Positions 25,823 to 38,594 of a DNA stretch of 64,000 bases are shown piece by piece. The stretch is from Fimicolochytrium jonesii. Lineage: Eukaryota. The notes under the pieces were generated by a model. The model did no database searches and was not told the origin of the DNA. It saw only the letters and a list, made by a program, of their open reading frames with translations. Each line of letters opens with the position of its first letter. Position 1 is the stretch's first letter. A program made the translations under genes and the position numbers. The stretch spans positions 1,426,001 through 1,490,000 of the forward strand of contig NW_026515670.1 in NCBI RefSeq assembly GCF_025526975.1, written 5' to 3'.

Positions 25823-26357
25823 CTTGCGCTGGTGAAGGGGTTTGGGGGAGGATGGGGTTCTGTGCGTTGTCCCCGAGTTGCATCCAGACTTTCCTATGTC
25901 TTTTTTTGCGCGGACAGCAGGTACAGTCTGTACGAACAACGGGAGATAGACTCAGATTACCGCTTCAAATACTCTTTGAGCCAAGACCAGTGCCCAATGC
26001 AATAGAAAAATCAGACTTCCAATCCATGACGAAACCCTACCAACATTTGGCAACAGTTGTGTTCCTCAACCTTCCTCAACCTTTTTCTTTCTTATGATAC
26101 ATGTTTTTGGGAGGAGTATTACATTCAGGGCAAACTCGTAAACAGAACAAGGGGGCAATAGACTGCAAGCAAGCGATATATTTCATTCAATTCTCGCACA
26201 CAAAAAAATCCCCAAACACGAGGGGATATGGGAATCAAAACCAGAGCGAGGGGGGGGTTGGTGGTGCTAGAAAAGAGCTAACCCTACGAAACGGGGACGC
26301 CACAAAAGACACATCAGAAAGCTTCACTCGAACAGGCACGGGCCACTTTTTCTCTCT

Positions 26358-29300
26358 TCACTCCCCAGTCAAAACCCCAATAACCCTCTCCACATCGCCC
26401 TCATGCACTCTCAGCAGCGCGCGGTTGAGGGCATCGTCGGTGAAGCCCATGGAAGCCAGGTTGCGGAGGGCGCGCGCGACGGTCGGTGGGTCGGTCGGGG
26501 TCGCGGCGGGGATGGTTGCGTTTTGCGTGGGATTAGAGGCGGGGGGCCTAGGACGGAAGGCGGAGTGGGAGAATATGGGAGTGGGCAGTGGGCGGGCGGG
26601 CCTTGAAGTGGTAGCGTTGATAGGAACGATGGGAATGGTGGTCGGCTTGCGAGTGGGGCTCACCGCTGCAGAGCTGCCAGTTTGAATGCCATCTTCCACA
26701 CGAAGCGTACCGGTTGTGGTCTTGCTACCCGAAGCCGAGGCCTCAGGGGCCGGTGTGTCGAGGCTGATCCAGGCCGGTGTGTCCGTCGCGATACTCACAC
26801 CAACATCCTTCCCCTTCTCTTCCATCTCAACACGCTCAGCACGCGCCTTTCCCTTGCCATGTCCCTTCCCCTTCTTCCCCTTCCCCTTCCCCTTCCCCTT
26901 CCCTTTCCGCCTCTCCCCCTCACTCTCCGAACTCGAACTCGACGAACTCGAACTCGACGACGAAGACGAGCTCGAAGAAGAAGAAGAAGACGTGTGTCGA
27001 CGATGACGGCGGTGTCGTTTCTCGGGGTACGGTCTGCCCCTCACATGTCCGTGTCGACCGCCCGACGGGGCACCCGAGAACATCTTCGACAGGAACGTCA
27101 AGGGGTCCGGTGGCAGCGGTACATCACCAAACGCATCCGCAAACGGACCGTGGGGATGCGGAGGTGGTGGTGGCGGCGGCGGGACAGGATGTTCGTGCAT
27201 CGGGGGCATCGGCGGCATAGGCGGCATACCCATCCCAAAAGCGGGTCCTGTGGGCGGCACCGGCGGTGTCGGCGGGACCGGAACACCGCCCTGACGCGAA
27301 AACTCACGTTCCCACCGTCTAACCTCCCGTTCCGCCTTCTGTTGCTTGCGCTGGAGACGGTGGAGGGCTTTCATTTCGCGGCGGTGGCGGTGTTTATGGT
27401 CTCGGTGGTGCTCTTTATGTTCGCGGTGCTTTTCTTTATTTTCCTCATGATCGTGGTGGTGGTGGTCTTCGTGTGCGCCAGAGTGCGGGCGCGGGTGAAT
27501 GATGTGCTCACGCTCGAGGTCGTCCCACATCGTGCGGTGGTGGTGGTGGTGGTGGCCTTCCGCGTGTTTCTCGGGACGATAGGCGTGTACGTCATCGGCA
27601 CGTTTCTCATGGCGGTGGTGGTGCTCATGTCCCTGATGATGGTGAGGGCCGTGGTGGTGTCCGCCTCTGCCCCGACCGCCAAACCCAAACCCTCCGCGGT
27701 GTCCAAACTCAAACCCACCCCTCTGGCCAAACAACCCTCCACGGTGTCCAAACCCACACCCTCCCCGGTGGCCAAAGAACCCACCGCCGCGGGAGGCGGG
27801 GAACCCACCTGGGAAGGAGGGGTCTAGACCTTCCTCCTCTTTCGGTGCAGCGGGGTCAGTGTTTCCAAACATGAATCTGAACGGACAATCCCGTTGAGCG
27901 TGGCGGCCATCACGCTGATGGTGGTGGTGGTGGCCCCCTTCACGATCCGCGCCCCGGGTCTGTTCAGCATCGTTGTATACTTCCTCATCGGCACGTCCTT
28001 CCTCAGCAGTCGTATCAAACGCAAACGCCGCCGCAGCAGCAGGGTCGGTAGTGGCGTCCGCATTTCCAGCAGATCGAGCGGTTCCCATGAAAGCCTCGCT
28101 CTGCCCAACAACATGCCTCCCAATCCCCTGCACCAACTCCGTCCACGCGCGCTCGACATCCCTCAACCCGCCGCCTTCGTTCCTCGCCTCACCGACCACC
28201 TGCGTGGCTTCCGCGACGACGCGGTGGACTGTTTCGGCGGAGACGTCGAGGGCTTCGGCGACGACGTTACGAACGATGGTGGTGAGGTGGGGCGCGAGGC
28301 GGTTGAGTTCGAGAGACATTGTTTCGAAGTAGTTTGGGAGGGATTCCATTGGGTTTGCTGATTCGGTTGCGCTAGGGGCGGGCTCCGCGCGGGGCTCGCT
28401 GTGGGTCGAGCTGGCATCGTAGTCGTATGCCTTTCCTTTACCCTTGCTGTCGATGGGAGGGACGCTGGTGTCTTCGGCGGATGTGTCCGGGTATGTAACA
28501 GGGTCAGCGGAACCCGACGGCAGAGGCGAGGCGGTGGAGGCGTTAGGCTCGTTCACTGCCGGGTACCGAGATAAAAAAGCGTCAATCTCCGAAGTGGACG
28601 CCGGGATCGGGGTCGGAGTTGCAGCGGACGAAGCCGAGGCCTGCTGAGTGACTTCGGGAATCATCTCCTCTTCAGCTTCTTTCAGAAGCTGCATGAGGAG
28701 TTTCATCGGCATCCCAATAATCGAGTCTTCATCGCCCTCACGCGCCAGGAGGTATGGGTGAAGAAGGGGGTCATCGACCACGAACCCACCACAACTATGC
28801 ATCACATCCCCCTTCCGGATCAACTCGTCGACAACCTCGTTGGGCACGGAGGCAAAGTACTGGCGCGCAACGTCAACGCCCGCGACTCGTTTACCCGTCT
28901 TGGTGTTTGTGACGACTACGGCGGAGTGCGTTTCGGCGGGGGCTTCTTCGTAACTCTTGATATAGTGGCGGCATTCGTCGGCCGATTCGGGCTTCTCGCG
29001 GACTGTGCCGGCGAAGCCGACGACTTGATCGGTTGTGATGACGAGAGAAGGAGGGGTACCGGCTGGGATCTGCGAGGCAAGGGCGGCGGCCTTGGCATGG
29101 GCGATGGCGAGTGCGGTGGCGGACGGGTCGTGTTCATCACGGCCCGGCACGGCTTTTTCATCGAGATCGGGTTTTAGGACGGTGAAATCGACATTGTGCT
29201 GCCTCAGGATTGTCGCACGGAACTTGGAGGACGAGCCGAGGATGATCGGAAGCTTGAATGAATGAGTGTCGTAAACGACTTGTTCAGGGACTTGTTCCAT

Positions 29301-29789
29301 TTGAGTCGAATAAGGAGCTGGTTCGGCAGCGGGGGTCTCGACGGGTTGCGCCTCGACAGGGGTCTGCGGGACTACGTCCATCTGAACGTCGTCACCATCG
29401 AGGAACTCCCAGGAGCCGGTCCGCTCCTTGAGAGTCGAAACCGGTTGCTCGACGTCCGAGGTCGCGGCAGCAAGAGCAGGAATCTCAAACTGTCCGGCAG
29501 GCTCGACCTTCTTAACATCCAACCTCATGCACCAGCGATCAGCAGCAACCTCCATGTACTTCAGACAAGTCTCCACCTCCGCATCACTATCCAAAGCAAC
29601 CCAATCCCCATCACGGTCCTGGTAGGTGATCTGGAGGGGAACGTCGTTTGCGATCTTGTGGGTTGTTCTGACATGCTGGGCGAGTTGGGCGAAAAGTCCA
29701 AAATAATTTGCAGAGGAGGCGGGGAAGGAGAAGGTGCGGGTCGTGCCGCTATAGGTCGCTTTGACGGCAACCTCGTAGGGAAGTGACAT
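26358..29789 (-). CDS. PB1 - Maf (NTP pyrophosphatase) - RGG/His-rich - UBA multidomain protein (p62/NBR1-like architecture)
   Basis: Intronless 1143-aa ORF. PB1: VAVKATY...ITYQDRDGDWVALDSD. Maf: IILGSSSKFR, DLDEK, AKA, VITTDQVV, REKP, SCGGF, GDEDSIIGMP. UBA: LRNLASMGFTDDALNRALLRVHEGDVERVI. Confidence 0.9.
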   Translation of the reverse strand: MSLPYEVAVKATYSGTTRTFSFPASSANYFGLFAQLAQHVRTTHKIANDVPLQITYQDRDGDWVALDSDAEVETCLKYMEVAADRWCMRLDVKKVEPAGQFEIPALAAATSDVEQPVSTLKERTGSWEFLDGDDVQMDVVPQTPVEAQPVETPAAEPAPYSTQMEQVPEQVVYDTHSFKLPIILGSSSKFRATILRQHNVDFTVLKPDLDEKAVPGRDEHDPSATALAIAHAKAAALASQIPAGTPPSLVITTDQVVGFAGTVREKPESADECRHYIKSYEEAPAETHSAVVVTNTKTGKRVAGVDVARQYFASVPNEVVDELIRKGDVMHSCGGFVVDDPLLHPYLLAREGDEDSIIGMPMKLLMQLLKEAEEEMIPEVTQQASASSAATPTPIPASTSEIDAFLSRYPAVNEPNASTASPLPSGSADPVTYPDTSAEDTSVPPIDSKGKGKAYDYDASSTHSEPRAEPAPSATESANPMESLPNYFETMSLELNRLAPHLTTIVRNVVAEALDVSAETVHRVVAEATQVVGEARNEGGGLRDVERAWTELVQGIGRHVVGQSEAFMGTARSAGNADATTDPAAAAAFAFDTTAEEGRADEEVYNDAEQTRGADREGGHHHHHQRDGRHAQRDCPFRFMFGNTDPAAPKEEEGLDPSFPGGFPASRGGGFFGHRGGCGFGHRGGLFGQRGGFEFGHRGGFGFGGRGRGGHHHGPHHHQGHEHHHRHEKRADDVHAYRPEKHAEGHHHHHHRTMWDDLEREHIIHPRPHSGAHEDHHHHDHEENKEKHREHKEHHRDHKHRHRREMKALHRLQRKQQKAEREVRRWEREFSRQGGVPVPPTPPVPPTGPAFGMGMPPMPPMPPMHEHPVPPPPPPPPHPHGPFADAFGDVPLPPDPLTFLSKMFSGAPSGGRHGHVRGRPYPEKRHRRHRRHTSSSSSSSSSSSSSSSSSSSSSESEGERRKGKGKGKGKGKKGKGHGKGKARAERVEMEEKGKDVGVSIATDTPAWISLDTPAPEASASGSKTTTGTLRVEDGIQTGSSAAVSPTRKPTTIPIVPINATTSRPARPLPTPIFSHSAFRPRPPASNPTQNATIPAATPTDPPTVARALRNLASMGFTDDALNRALLRVHEGDVERVIGVLTGE

Positions 29790-30919
29790 TGCGGCCGGAA
29801 AAGTGAGGCTTGAGGCTTGTTGAGGCTTGTTTGTAAGTGCGGCAGCCGGAAATCTACTCAGGACAATTCGAGGCTCGGATGGACTGCTTTGAGTGAATTC
29901 GGGTTATGTAGATGGCAGCAAGGGTATTATTTTTGACTCTGTACAAAAGAAGGACCGCTAAGTAAGCTGGTGTGCCTTCTGGTTGAGTTGCGGAAGGGCT
30001 TGCCCAAAACCCAAGCCTGTTTTATAGGCAGCGGAGCGACCCTTCCTTCCGCCTTCCCGAGTGCACTTACCCACGTCCCACGCTTCTGTTCCACTATGGG
30101 GGGGAAGGCGGGGCAGTGTGTTCTGTTCGGGAGCCGTGTGTTCCACGGCGTTCCGCTGGGGGTTGCTCACCCGCTTTTTGGAGCGATACGCGGCTAGGTG
30201 CGAGATACTGTACGAACGTGGCTACTTCTCAGACGAGGGTGGGGAAGGGCGGGAAGGGTCTTGGCGAAGGGATATCCACGAAGAAACGGGAGGGAGTGTG
30301 TGTGTTGATAGGAAACCCCACGGCGAACAAGGGCGGGCGGTGCTTATCGAGAGAGATCCCTGCGAGTTCCTTGGCGCTCCTCGTTGTCATTTCCGCCTGT
30401 CATTGGAGGCCCGTGACGTGTTCGTGTTCCCCCCTCCCTCCGCCTTCCGCCTTCTCTGGTCCTCGCAACGGAACCGGGCGCTACGATATACAGTACACAT
30501 CCTTTTCTCATCGGAAAACTTAACCGGTTGAGGGCATCTATTCGTTAGATAGTGGGTTTGGGTCATCAATGTGGTTGTATTATAGATATAAAAAAAGAAA
30601 AGGAAAAAGAACCGCGAAAGCCCTGTGTGATGGACAACGTCGCCATCGAGGAGTTCAACACAAAGGTGGGGGTGGTGAAAGGGATGAGGGAAAGGTGGGG
30701 AAAAAAAAGTAAAAGAAGGGGCGTCAAAAGAAGTATAGGTGGGGACGGGTCGACAGGCGCTATCGAAAAAAAAAACGGTGGAATACAAAAGCTTTGGGGG
30801 GAAGCAGCTATGTAAGAGAGGGACGGGGCGGGGCGATTTTGCACAAGTGTCCTGTCCTGTCCCGGACTCTCGCCTCCCATATCCGGGATAGTCTATGTGA
30901 AGCATTTTGCCCGAATTCT

Positions 30920-33900
30920 CTACTCCTCGTCACCAGGCATGACGACCGCTGCCTCCGCCGTTCCAGAACCAGCCTTCTTCTTCTTCTTGTTCTTGTTCTT
31001 TTTCTTCTTTTTGGCCGCTTCCTCGTCATCATCGGCGGAGGGCATCGTGGGCACGGCCCCGAATTTGCTCGCACCAGTGGTAGTCGGGGCAGTGGCAGTG
31101 GCAGCAGCAGGGTTAGCGGCGCCACCGGCAGCCAGTTTGGCCTGCTTGAATTTCTTGACCGTCTGCCATTCGTCCTCTTGTTTGGGAAGCTCTTCGAACT
31201 GCTCGTAGGCCGCGGCGGGGGCCGGGGCCGGTTCGGGCGCTTTGGGTGGGAGAGAGTCCTTGGGCGCTATTGGTTTCGCAGGCGATGATGGCCGTAAGGC
31301 GGTGGCGGGGGCGGCTACGGCCGGCGCCGATTCGGCCTTTTTCTCGACTTTCGCAGCGGGCGCGGGTGCGGGGGCGGCGGCGGCTACGGATTTGGCCTGA
31401 GGGGCTCCGTTTTGTGTGCTAGCCGTGACAGGGGCGGGCTTTGCGGGAGCGGCGGTAGCAGTGGGAGCCGGCTTAGCGGGAGCAGGGGTCGTGGCTGGTG
31501 GAGCCTTGCTCACTTCGATCGCGGGCTTCTCGTCCAAAGCCTCCACCGAAGCAGTATCAGCAGCACCGGCAGCCTTCTTCTTCTTGTTCTTCTTCTTCTT
31601 GGCCGCCGCGCTCGATGCGCCGTCTTCCGACGGCAGGTTCTCCAAACCCTTCTTGGCCTGCGGCTCAGAGGACTCATCCTCCTTCTTGGAAGATGCCGCC
31701 TTTGCCGCCTTCTTGGTCGGGACCGCCTGCCAGCCCTCATCCTTCTTCTTTGTCGTTCCGTCCACATAACTCCAGTAGTTGCCCGTGGAGCTGTCGCGGC
31801 TCAGAGATGGTGGGCTCGGCGCCGATCGGCCATCAGCCGGCAACTTACGCCCCTTGCCACCGCGGTGCACCTGCGCGCGTCCGCTCCACCCGGGAACATT
31901 CGGCGCAGAGGAACTCTCAGCGCCACGTTCACTGGACACATCCTCCTCATCATCAATGCGGGCTTCATGTCTCTTTTCAGCCCTCTCCCGCTCCGCTTCC
32001 TCGCGTTCCCTGTCCCGCGCGATGCGTTCGGCTTGGTCTTGCACGATGTTGTTGATCAGCTCGCGCGCATGCTGGACGCTTTCACTGGATGTACCACGAA
32101 TGACGACAACGTCTTTCACGTTCTTGCTTTCGCCGCGGATGAGGTCAATGTCTGCCCCGCTCTCCTCGCGGAGACGATTGATCGTCTGTCCTTGTCGGCC
32201 AATGATGTGGGGACGGAGGTCGGCGTCAAGTTGAATGCGGGCAGAGTGGGTGAAATTGGCCAGGTCCTTCAGGAGATTCTCAACCTTCTTGACAACCTTG
32301 GCAACGACGCCGGTGTCTCCGCGGAGAACGAACGATCCGTTGGCTTCTCCCTTCAAAGCAGCTGGGTCGAGCTCGGGGAAGAGACCCGTGTCCTGCTTGA
32401 CACGCTTGGCAATATCTTTGAGCGAAGCAACTTCAACCGCGTGGTCCTCGCCAGTCGTCGACCTCAGCTTTTCGAGCAGAGCTTCCGGGATCGGCACGCT
32501 CTGCACAGTACGGATCTTGGAGCTGATCTCGTTCTTGGCCGTCTGCACCTCCTTCTCCTTGCCATGGCGAGCCACAATGTGAACGGAAGCAGTGTCGGCA
32601 GCGTCCCCATCGCGGAACCAAATCGTGACGCCCAACTTTCTTATCATGTCAACCAGAGCGTCACCAAACCGTCCCGCGACCCGGGGCACGTCCACAGAGG
32701 GCACGCTCACGACCTCCGTGATGGCATCAACCTCGTCCAGCTCGACGAGCTCGTAGTCTGAGAAATCCTCCGTGGCCTGCTCTTTCAAGCCTTCGTTGAC
32801 GAGCTTGCCAAGTTCCTTGCGCACGTCGGGCAGCAGTTTGGGGTTTCCTTTGAGCACGATGGCGTCTTCGGCGGTTTTGAGGTTCATGTTCGCTTGCGGG
32901 AACTGGACCTTGACCCGGTCCTGGCCGCCGAATCGCTCCATGGCAGCGCGGATGCGCGCACCTCCAGGGCCGATGATCAGCTTATGTAAGTAGGATGGGA
33001 TTTGGACCTCGACGGACTCGACATTGATCTGGAATGTGATGTGCATCAGTAAGTTGTATGCATGTGGGGCAGTGATAAGACATGCTTACGTTGTCATCAA
33101 CAGCCGACTTTATGCTCTCCGCAGCCCCCTGACAGTTCTGACGGCTACCCTCAATCACACACTCGGTTGAAGCCTCGTCATCGGCAATGTCGTTGAAGTC
33201 AATGCGGACGTTATACTGGTCCTTGATCTTCTGGATCTTCGCGCCATGACGTCCAACAATATGCGGCAGCGCAGCGCGCGGGAACTGGAACGTCACACTC
33301 GACGAGTTCAAGAGTTCGTGTTCCACTAGGGCGACAAGCTCATCGCGGGCGGGGCCAACATCACTCTTGCTGCCCTTGATAACGACGTTGCCAGGTGCAG
33401 AGTCGGTGGCTTCCACCTCACTGACATCCACATCCTCATCGTCATCTTCTACCTTGGCTTGTTGCTTGCGCTGACGGTCGACGAAGCGGACCTGGACACC
33501 GTGCTTGTCGGTTAGCTTCTTGATGCCCTTGCCCTCCTTGCCGATGATTCGCCGCAAGACCTTGCGACGGATGTCACCGCCAGCTTCCTCCACGACTTTG
33601 CGGGCGGCGGCAGAAACAGCGGCGAAGAGGTCGATGTCCTCCGAAATCGTGTCGGCGAGCTTCTTTGCCCGCTCTGCAACGATACCCTTCGCGAGTTCAA
33701 CGATGGTCTTTGGGCCGTACAGCGTGACGGTATCCTCCGTGGCCCCGGCCTCAACCTCAGCGCGGAGGTTCAGGTTCGGCGGCGCAAGCTCCTTCTCGTT
33801 GACTTTGCTCTTGTGCACGTCGCCAGACGCAATCTTCTCCCTGATCGCACTGACGGCCCATTTGAGGTCCTTTCCGTTTCCGACCAACCTCTTGCCGAGA

Positions 33901-36334
33901 CCCTTGGGCACCTTCAGGACTTCGGTGAAGCTGCTCATGAGCTCGACGTGGCGCCATTCGGCTACTTGCTTCTGGATCTTGTCCTGGACTTCGTGTGCCT
34001 CCTTCTTGGGTCCACGGATGACGATGGCGCCCTCAGAGTCCTTCCCGGGGACGGCTTCTTTGGCGTCTTTGCTGCTGTCAGCGGACTTTGGGAACTTCAC
34101 GGTGACGGCGTTGTTATACTCGGACAATAGTTCCTTTAGGGCCGCGCCTCCGGTGCCAATAAGTCTTCCGTGGTACTTGGAGTCGATGTTGACGTTCAGA
34201 GTGACCAAGTCCGCCAAAGCCTGAGCTTGAGATTCCAACTCCTTCTTCAGCAGGTCGACCAGCTTGAGGGCTTCTTCGTCACTGGCAGCGAGGTTTCCTT
34301 TCGCCTTTCCGGTAGGAGCTCTCTTGACGACAATGATGACCTCATCGGAAGCATCGGCTTCGTGGGCAACAACCACATCGACGAATCGACCATTCCACTC
34401 CGGCTTTGCCTTCATGTTGGCGATGTTTTGCCCTTTCTTCCCAATGACAAACTTGTGCAATCCGCTGGGAATCTCAACAGCACCAAAGCAGAGAGTCTCT
34501 CCCCATTCTTTGATGCTGCTGTATAGGGCGGCACGAGCTGCGTCGGTTTCGCTTTTCGTCTTGCCTTGAATCTCCAGGACGGGGTGAGCGTCGGATGATT
34601 TTTGGCTCTGAATTGTAACGTTATGCTCGCTCTCGATGCTTTTGAGGTGGGCGCGTTCCTTTGTGTATAAAAATCGCATAAATAGTTCAGGCTGAACCGA
34701 GGAGGCGATAGTGGCGCCTACATCGACCTCATCAATAATGATCGAGTTGGACTGGAATATATCGTAGAGTAAGTGACAGTTCGGGGCAAATGGCTCCATA
34801 CCGTATGAAACATCTATTTACCTTCTCGATGACCAGTTGTAAAGCGGTGCTCAACATCTCATCGGGACCACGGATAGTCACAATGTCGGAGGGATCGGCC
34901 GTGAGAGGAAGATCCACATGGCATCCAGTCTTTTCGAAAATCTCCTGCAGCGTCACGCCCTTGGGCCCGATGATGAAGCGATGTTGGCGTTTCTTGACAG
35001 GGATTTGCAGAGTTCGTGTCGTACGTTTCTAGAGCCCAGGATTAGATTGTATCATGTCGCAAAGACTACTACTAGTGAAGTACTTACAACTTGCTCATAG
35101 ATGGCCTTCAAGCGTTCTTCTGCTGCTAGCACAGCTGAGCGTTCGCCGATGATCTTGATATCGGCCGAAGTGGATTCTCCCGCGTTTGAAACCGTTGGTG
35201 GAATGTGAATGCGGGTGTTGGTCTCGAGCTCAAGAAGCTGAACTTGCGATCCATTTGGCCCGGCAATGAAGGGGTAGTAGGATCGCTCTACGTTCATCCG
35301 GAGGGTCCTCTTGCTGGTCTAGAGGAAAAGCGGTTGGACACTCACTAATGTGATAGGCAGGGAACTTTATGCATCACGTACCCTCTGTGCTACGAGCTCG
35401 TCCACAGCCTTCTTAGCTTCTTCAACTCCTTCGTAATCACCGATAATGATGACTTCTTGCTCGGGTTCATCTTCGAGCAAATCGTCTGTGTCAGCGGCAG
35501 CGGGCTCTTCCTCCGATGTTCTCGGCATGTCGATCTTGGTCATCGTGCGTGCCATCAGGCTCTTGATGTTGGCACCGGCCTTTCCAACCAAATGACGCCT
35601 CACAGAGATGGGTATCATCACGGTCTCCTTAACCTATCGCCAAGGAAGGTCAACGCACCGCCCCATATACAGCTTACGCGTGAATGATTACGCGTACCTG
35701 CAGCGTCAAAGAGTTGATGATCTCCCGCTTCGTCTGCTTAACAGCTTCCGGTTTGCCGCTGATGATAATGGTCAAAGTACCGGTTTTCGAGTTGGTAGAC
35801 AGATCAACTGACGTGCCATGTCGGGAGGTGATCTGCTTGCACACGTAGGCAGCTGAAACAGACTTTCCCTTCTCGTTTTGCAACGGAGCCTGAGTATGGG
35901 TGAGATATCAGTCTTTCTGCCGGTGGGACTGTGGACTTCAGCTGGCACCATACCTGCAACTCGGAAGGAATCTCAAGTCGCTCAGTGGCTTTCTTCGGCC
36001 TGGCAAGGCCACCCGCCGTCGGAGCACCCGGACGTGATGGGGCACCCGCTGCAGCTTTCGGCTGCCCCGAGGGTCCTTTGGCAGCCCAGCTGCCTAAAGG
36101 AGTTTTGCCTGGGGTGGCAACCGGCAACGCAGGAAACAGGTCCTGGCTCGACATGTCTAGGCTGTTTCGTTCCGGCTCCGGTGTAGGCGGAGCCTCAACG
36201 ACAGGCTCTGGGGCCTCCTCTATAACGTCCGGCACGGGGTCGTCATGGTACGGGTCCGAGGATTGCGGTGTCGAATCAGGGTGCAGCTGGTTCTGCAGCT
36301 GATCGAGGAAAGAAGACCCGGAACTCATGTTCAT
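30920..36334 (-). CDS. SCP160: Vigilin/Scp160 multi-KH RNA-binding protein
   Basis: Many KH GxxG loops (HLVGKAG, FIAGPNG, FIIGPKG, FVIGKKG, LIGTGG, IIGKEG, HIVGRHG, LIIGPGG, HIIGRQG); N-terminal DLFPAL; about 6 introns. Confidence 0.93.
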
Positions 36335-38594
36335 ACTGGGCTAGCGGACCGAGTCGAAAGAAGAAGGATTGAAAGCAAGTGCGATATGCCTGTCAGCGTG
36401 TGACTAGTTGTCAAGAGCAGCTGATCTGGTTGCCAGCGCTTCAAAATCCTTACCCAACGCGAAAGTCGGTATCTATCAGTCTAGAAGGTGGAAAGCGAAG
36501 ACTGAAGCAATGGCGAGCAGAGCTTTTCGTCTCCCTAGTTGCTATGGTTTGCGAGAGTTGCGTGTTTGTATTAGCGATGAGTCCTTCCCGAAGTCGGTGA
36601 TCACGGCAAGCGTGTGAACCTTACCCGCGAAAACGCCGTGAACGAGCCGCCGACAGGATCGTGAACAGACAAGCTAGCGGTGAGAACTGCGAGAGGATTC
36701 GACCGTGCGCTACGCCGAAAAGACTCGCTTTGCCTTTGGGGTTGGGTATGCGGGTTGGGAGCCTGTTGCGTGCGTGGGTTTGTGCGTGCGCCTGCGGTGG
36801 GAGTTCTCTGAGTTGTTACAACTTACCAGCAGCGGCTGGGGGGGACCGACCACCTGTTGTTTGTGCCTGGTTGGCTGGCTGGCTGGCTGGTGGTTGGGAA
36901 TGGACTTGCGGCTTGCTTCAAGCTCATCATCATCATTTCTATATCATTTGGGGATCTTACAGTAATAAGAAGTTGGGGTTTTTGCCCAATCAGTTGTTTA
37001 CCGTCCGCCTGCTTCCTTTAAAGCAGAAATCTGGGGCCATTTAGCGATGGCCGCTCTATCCCGCATGCATGCCCCCAGCCCTCTCCTCAGGCCGCTACTT
37101 GAATGTGCTTGGCATGTACGGACAATATATATACGTCCGGGTTGCCATCCTCCATATCCTCATTCTCATTCGCCTCCTAGAGTCCGCCGAAGCATCGCTC
37201 GATGAACTTTGAACACGCCAGGCCTGCACAACTTTGGCAATTCGCCCAGGTCTGCCTCTGCTTCGCATTCTCCAAGACCATTGGGGGTGGATGCTTCGCA
37301 TTCATGCATTGAACTCCGAACTCCCGATGATTGCAAGGGGATATACCGCACATGGTACAGTATCTGCCCGACGCGTACCCTTTGCAGCCTGACTGATGAA
37401 AGAGCCACGACCGCTCCGCTGCATGCGAGGTGGTGCTAGAGTCCGGGCGCGCGCCAGCGTCCTGTCAAGTATAGGCAGTGGGTGCCACCCCATCTGCTGC
37501 TGCATGCATGTCTGTCATTGTCGGAGGGAACGGCGGCCTGATGTTGAATAGACCAGCAAGCTTGTACATTGCGTCGGGCGGAGCACGTTTGCCCAGCTAG
37601 CTATCGCTGTTGACCTCAGAAGTCCTCTCGGACACCATTGAGGAATTCAATGCATGCATGCATCGCAATCCCAATCAATTTATGGACCCTCATTCCAAGA
37701 CAGGATCAGCACGGCATCGAAACTGGCATGATTGGCGATGGAATAGGACCGTCTGACGCGTAGCCAAAGCAATGATGAAGGGAGACCGCAACTGATACAG
37801 TAGTAGCAGTACTGTACATACGTTGCGTTTGCGCCGGTACTATAGGCCTCGGGTCTACATGTAGATCTACTATAGAAATTGGGATAAGGCTCACATGCTG
37901 CTGCTGCACCGACATCGGAGCAGGGAATGGCTCAGGTCCACCCTGGCTGCGCCACCCAAACGCTCTACGCGTTACCTTAAGGCACAATTAGGGAAATTAA
38001 AGCAGTTTCCTCACAAAACCCTCTTTTTTGAGCAGCCATACCATCCCACAGACATGCAGGACGACCTATTCCCTTTGCATACGGCTCCAGTTGCCTACTT
38101 TGGCCAATCCCCTCTAAGTGTCTGTGGGGGTAGCTGTTGCAACAAACTTAACACAGAGGCCCAAAAGTCTGAGTAGTAAAACTGTCTTTCCTTGGCCGTT
38201 TTTGGGTAAAACTTACCAGTTAGAGGTGTCAAACCCCGAACCAGTGCCTTCTTCACCAAACTGCCTAATCAATCTTTCTGCTAGCATGTCTGGCTGTCAA
38301 GATACTGCTCAACATGTGCAGCAACTTTGGGTCTGCGAAAACCTCGTTAAGTCCAAAAGTCGTCAAAAAACTGTCAGTGGCTTAGCCAGGGTGGACCTGA
38401 GGGGAATGGGTTGTTCCCGAGTGTGAGGCGGAACGCGCATTGACAGGGTGCGAGCGCGTTGATCACCCCCGTCAAATGCTCCATCCATCACATGCCAGTG
38501 CAGCTTGTCCCAAGTTCCCAACCGGCAAGCCCTTCGACCGAATTCGCAGTTCGCTTCCAATCCAAAGCCCATTTCCCACACCGCAAAGCCCACA

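Noticed and set aside
31412..32761. 449-aa + strand ORF and similar long antisense ORFs (e.g. 26682-27827, 56608-57285)
   Set aside because: Shadow ORFs opposite GC-rich real genes; no domain motifs.
36400..38500. 2-kb intergenic region with repeated TGCATGCA motifs and short ORFs
   Set aside because: No terminal repeats, coding motifs or regular repeat-spacer structure that I could support.
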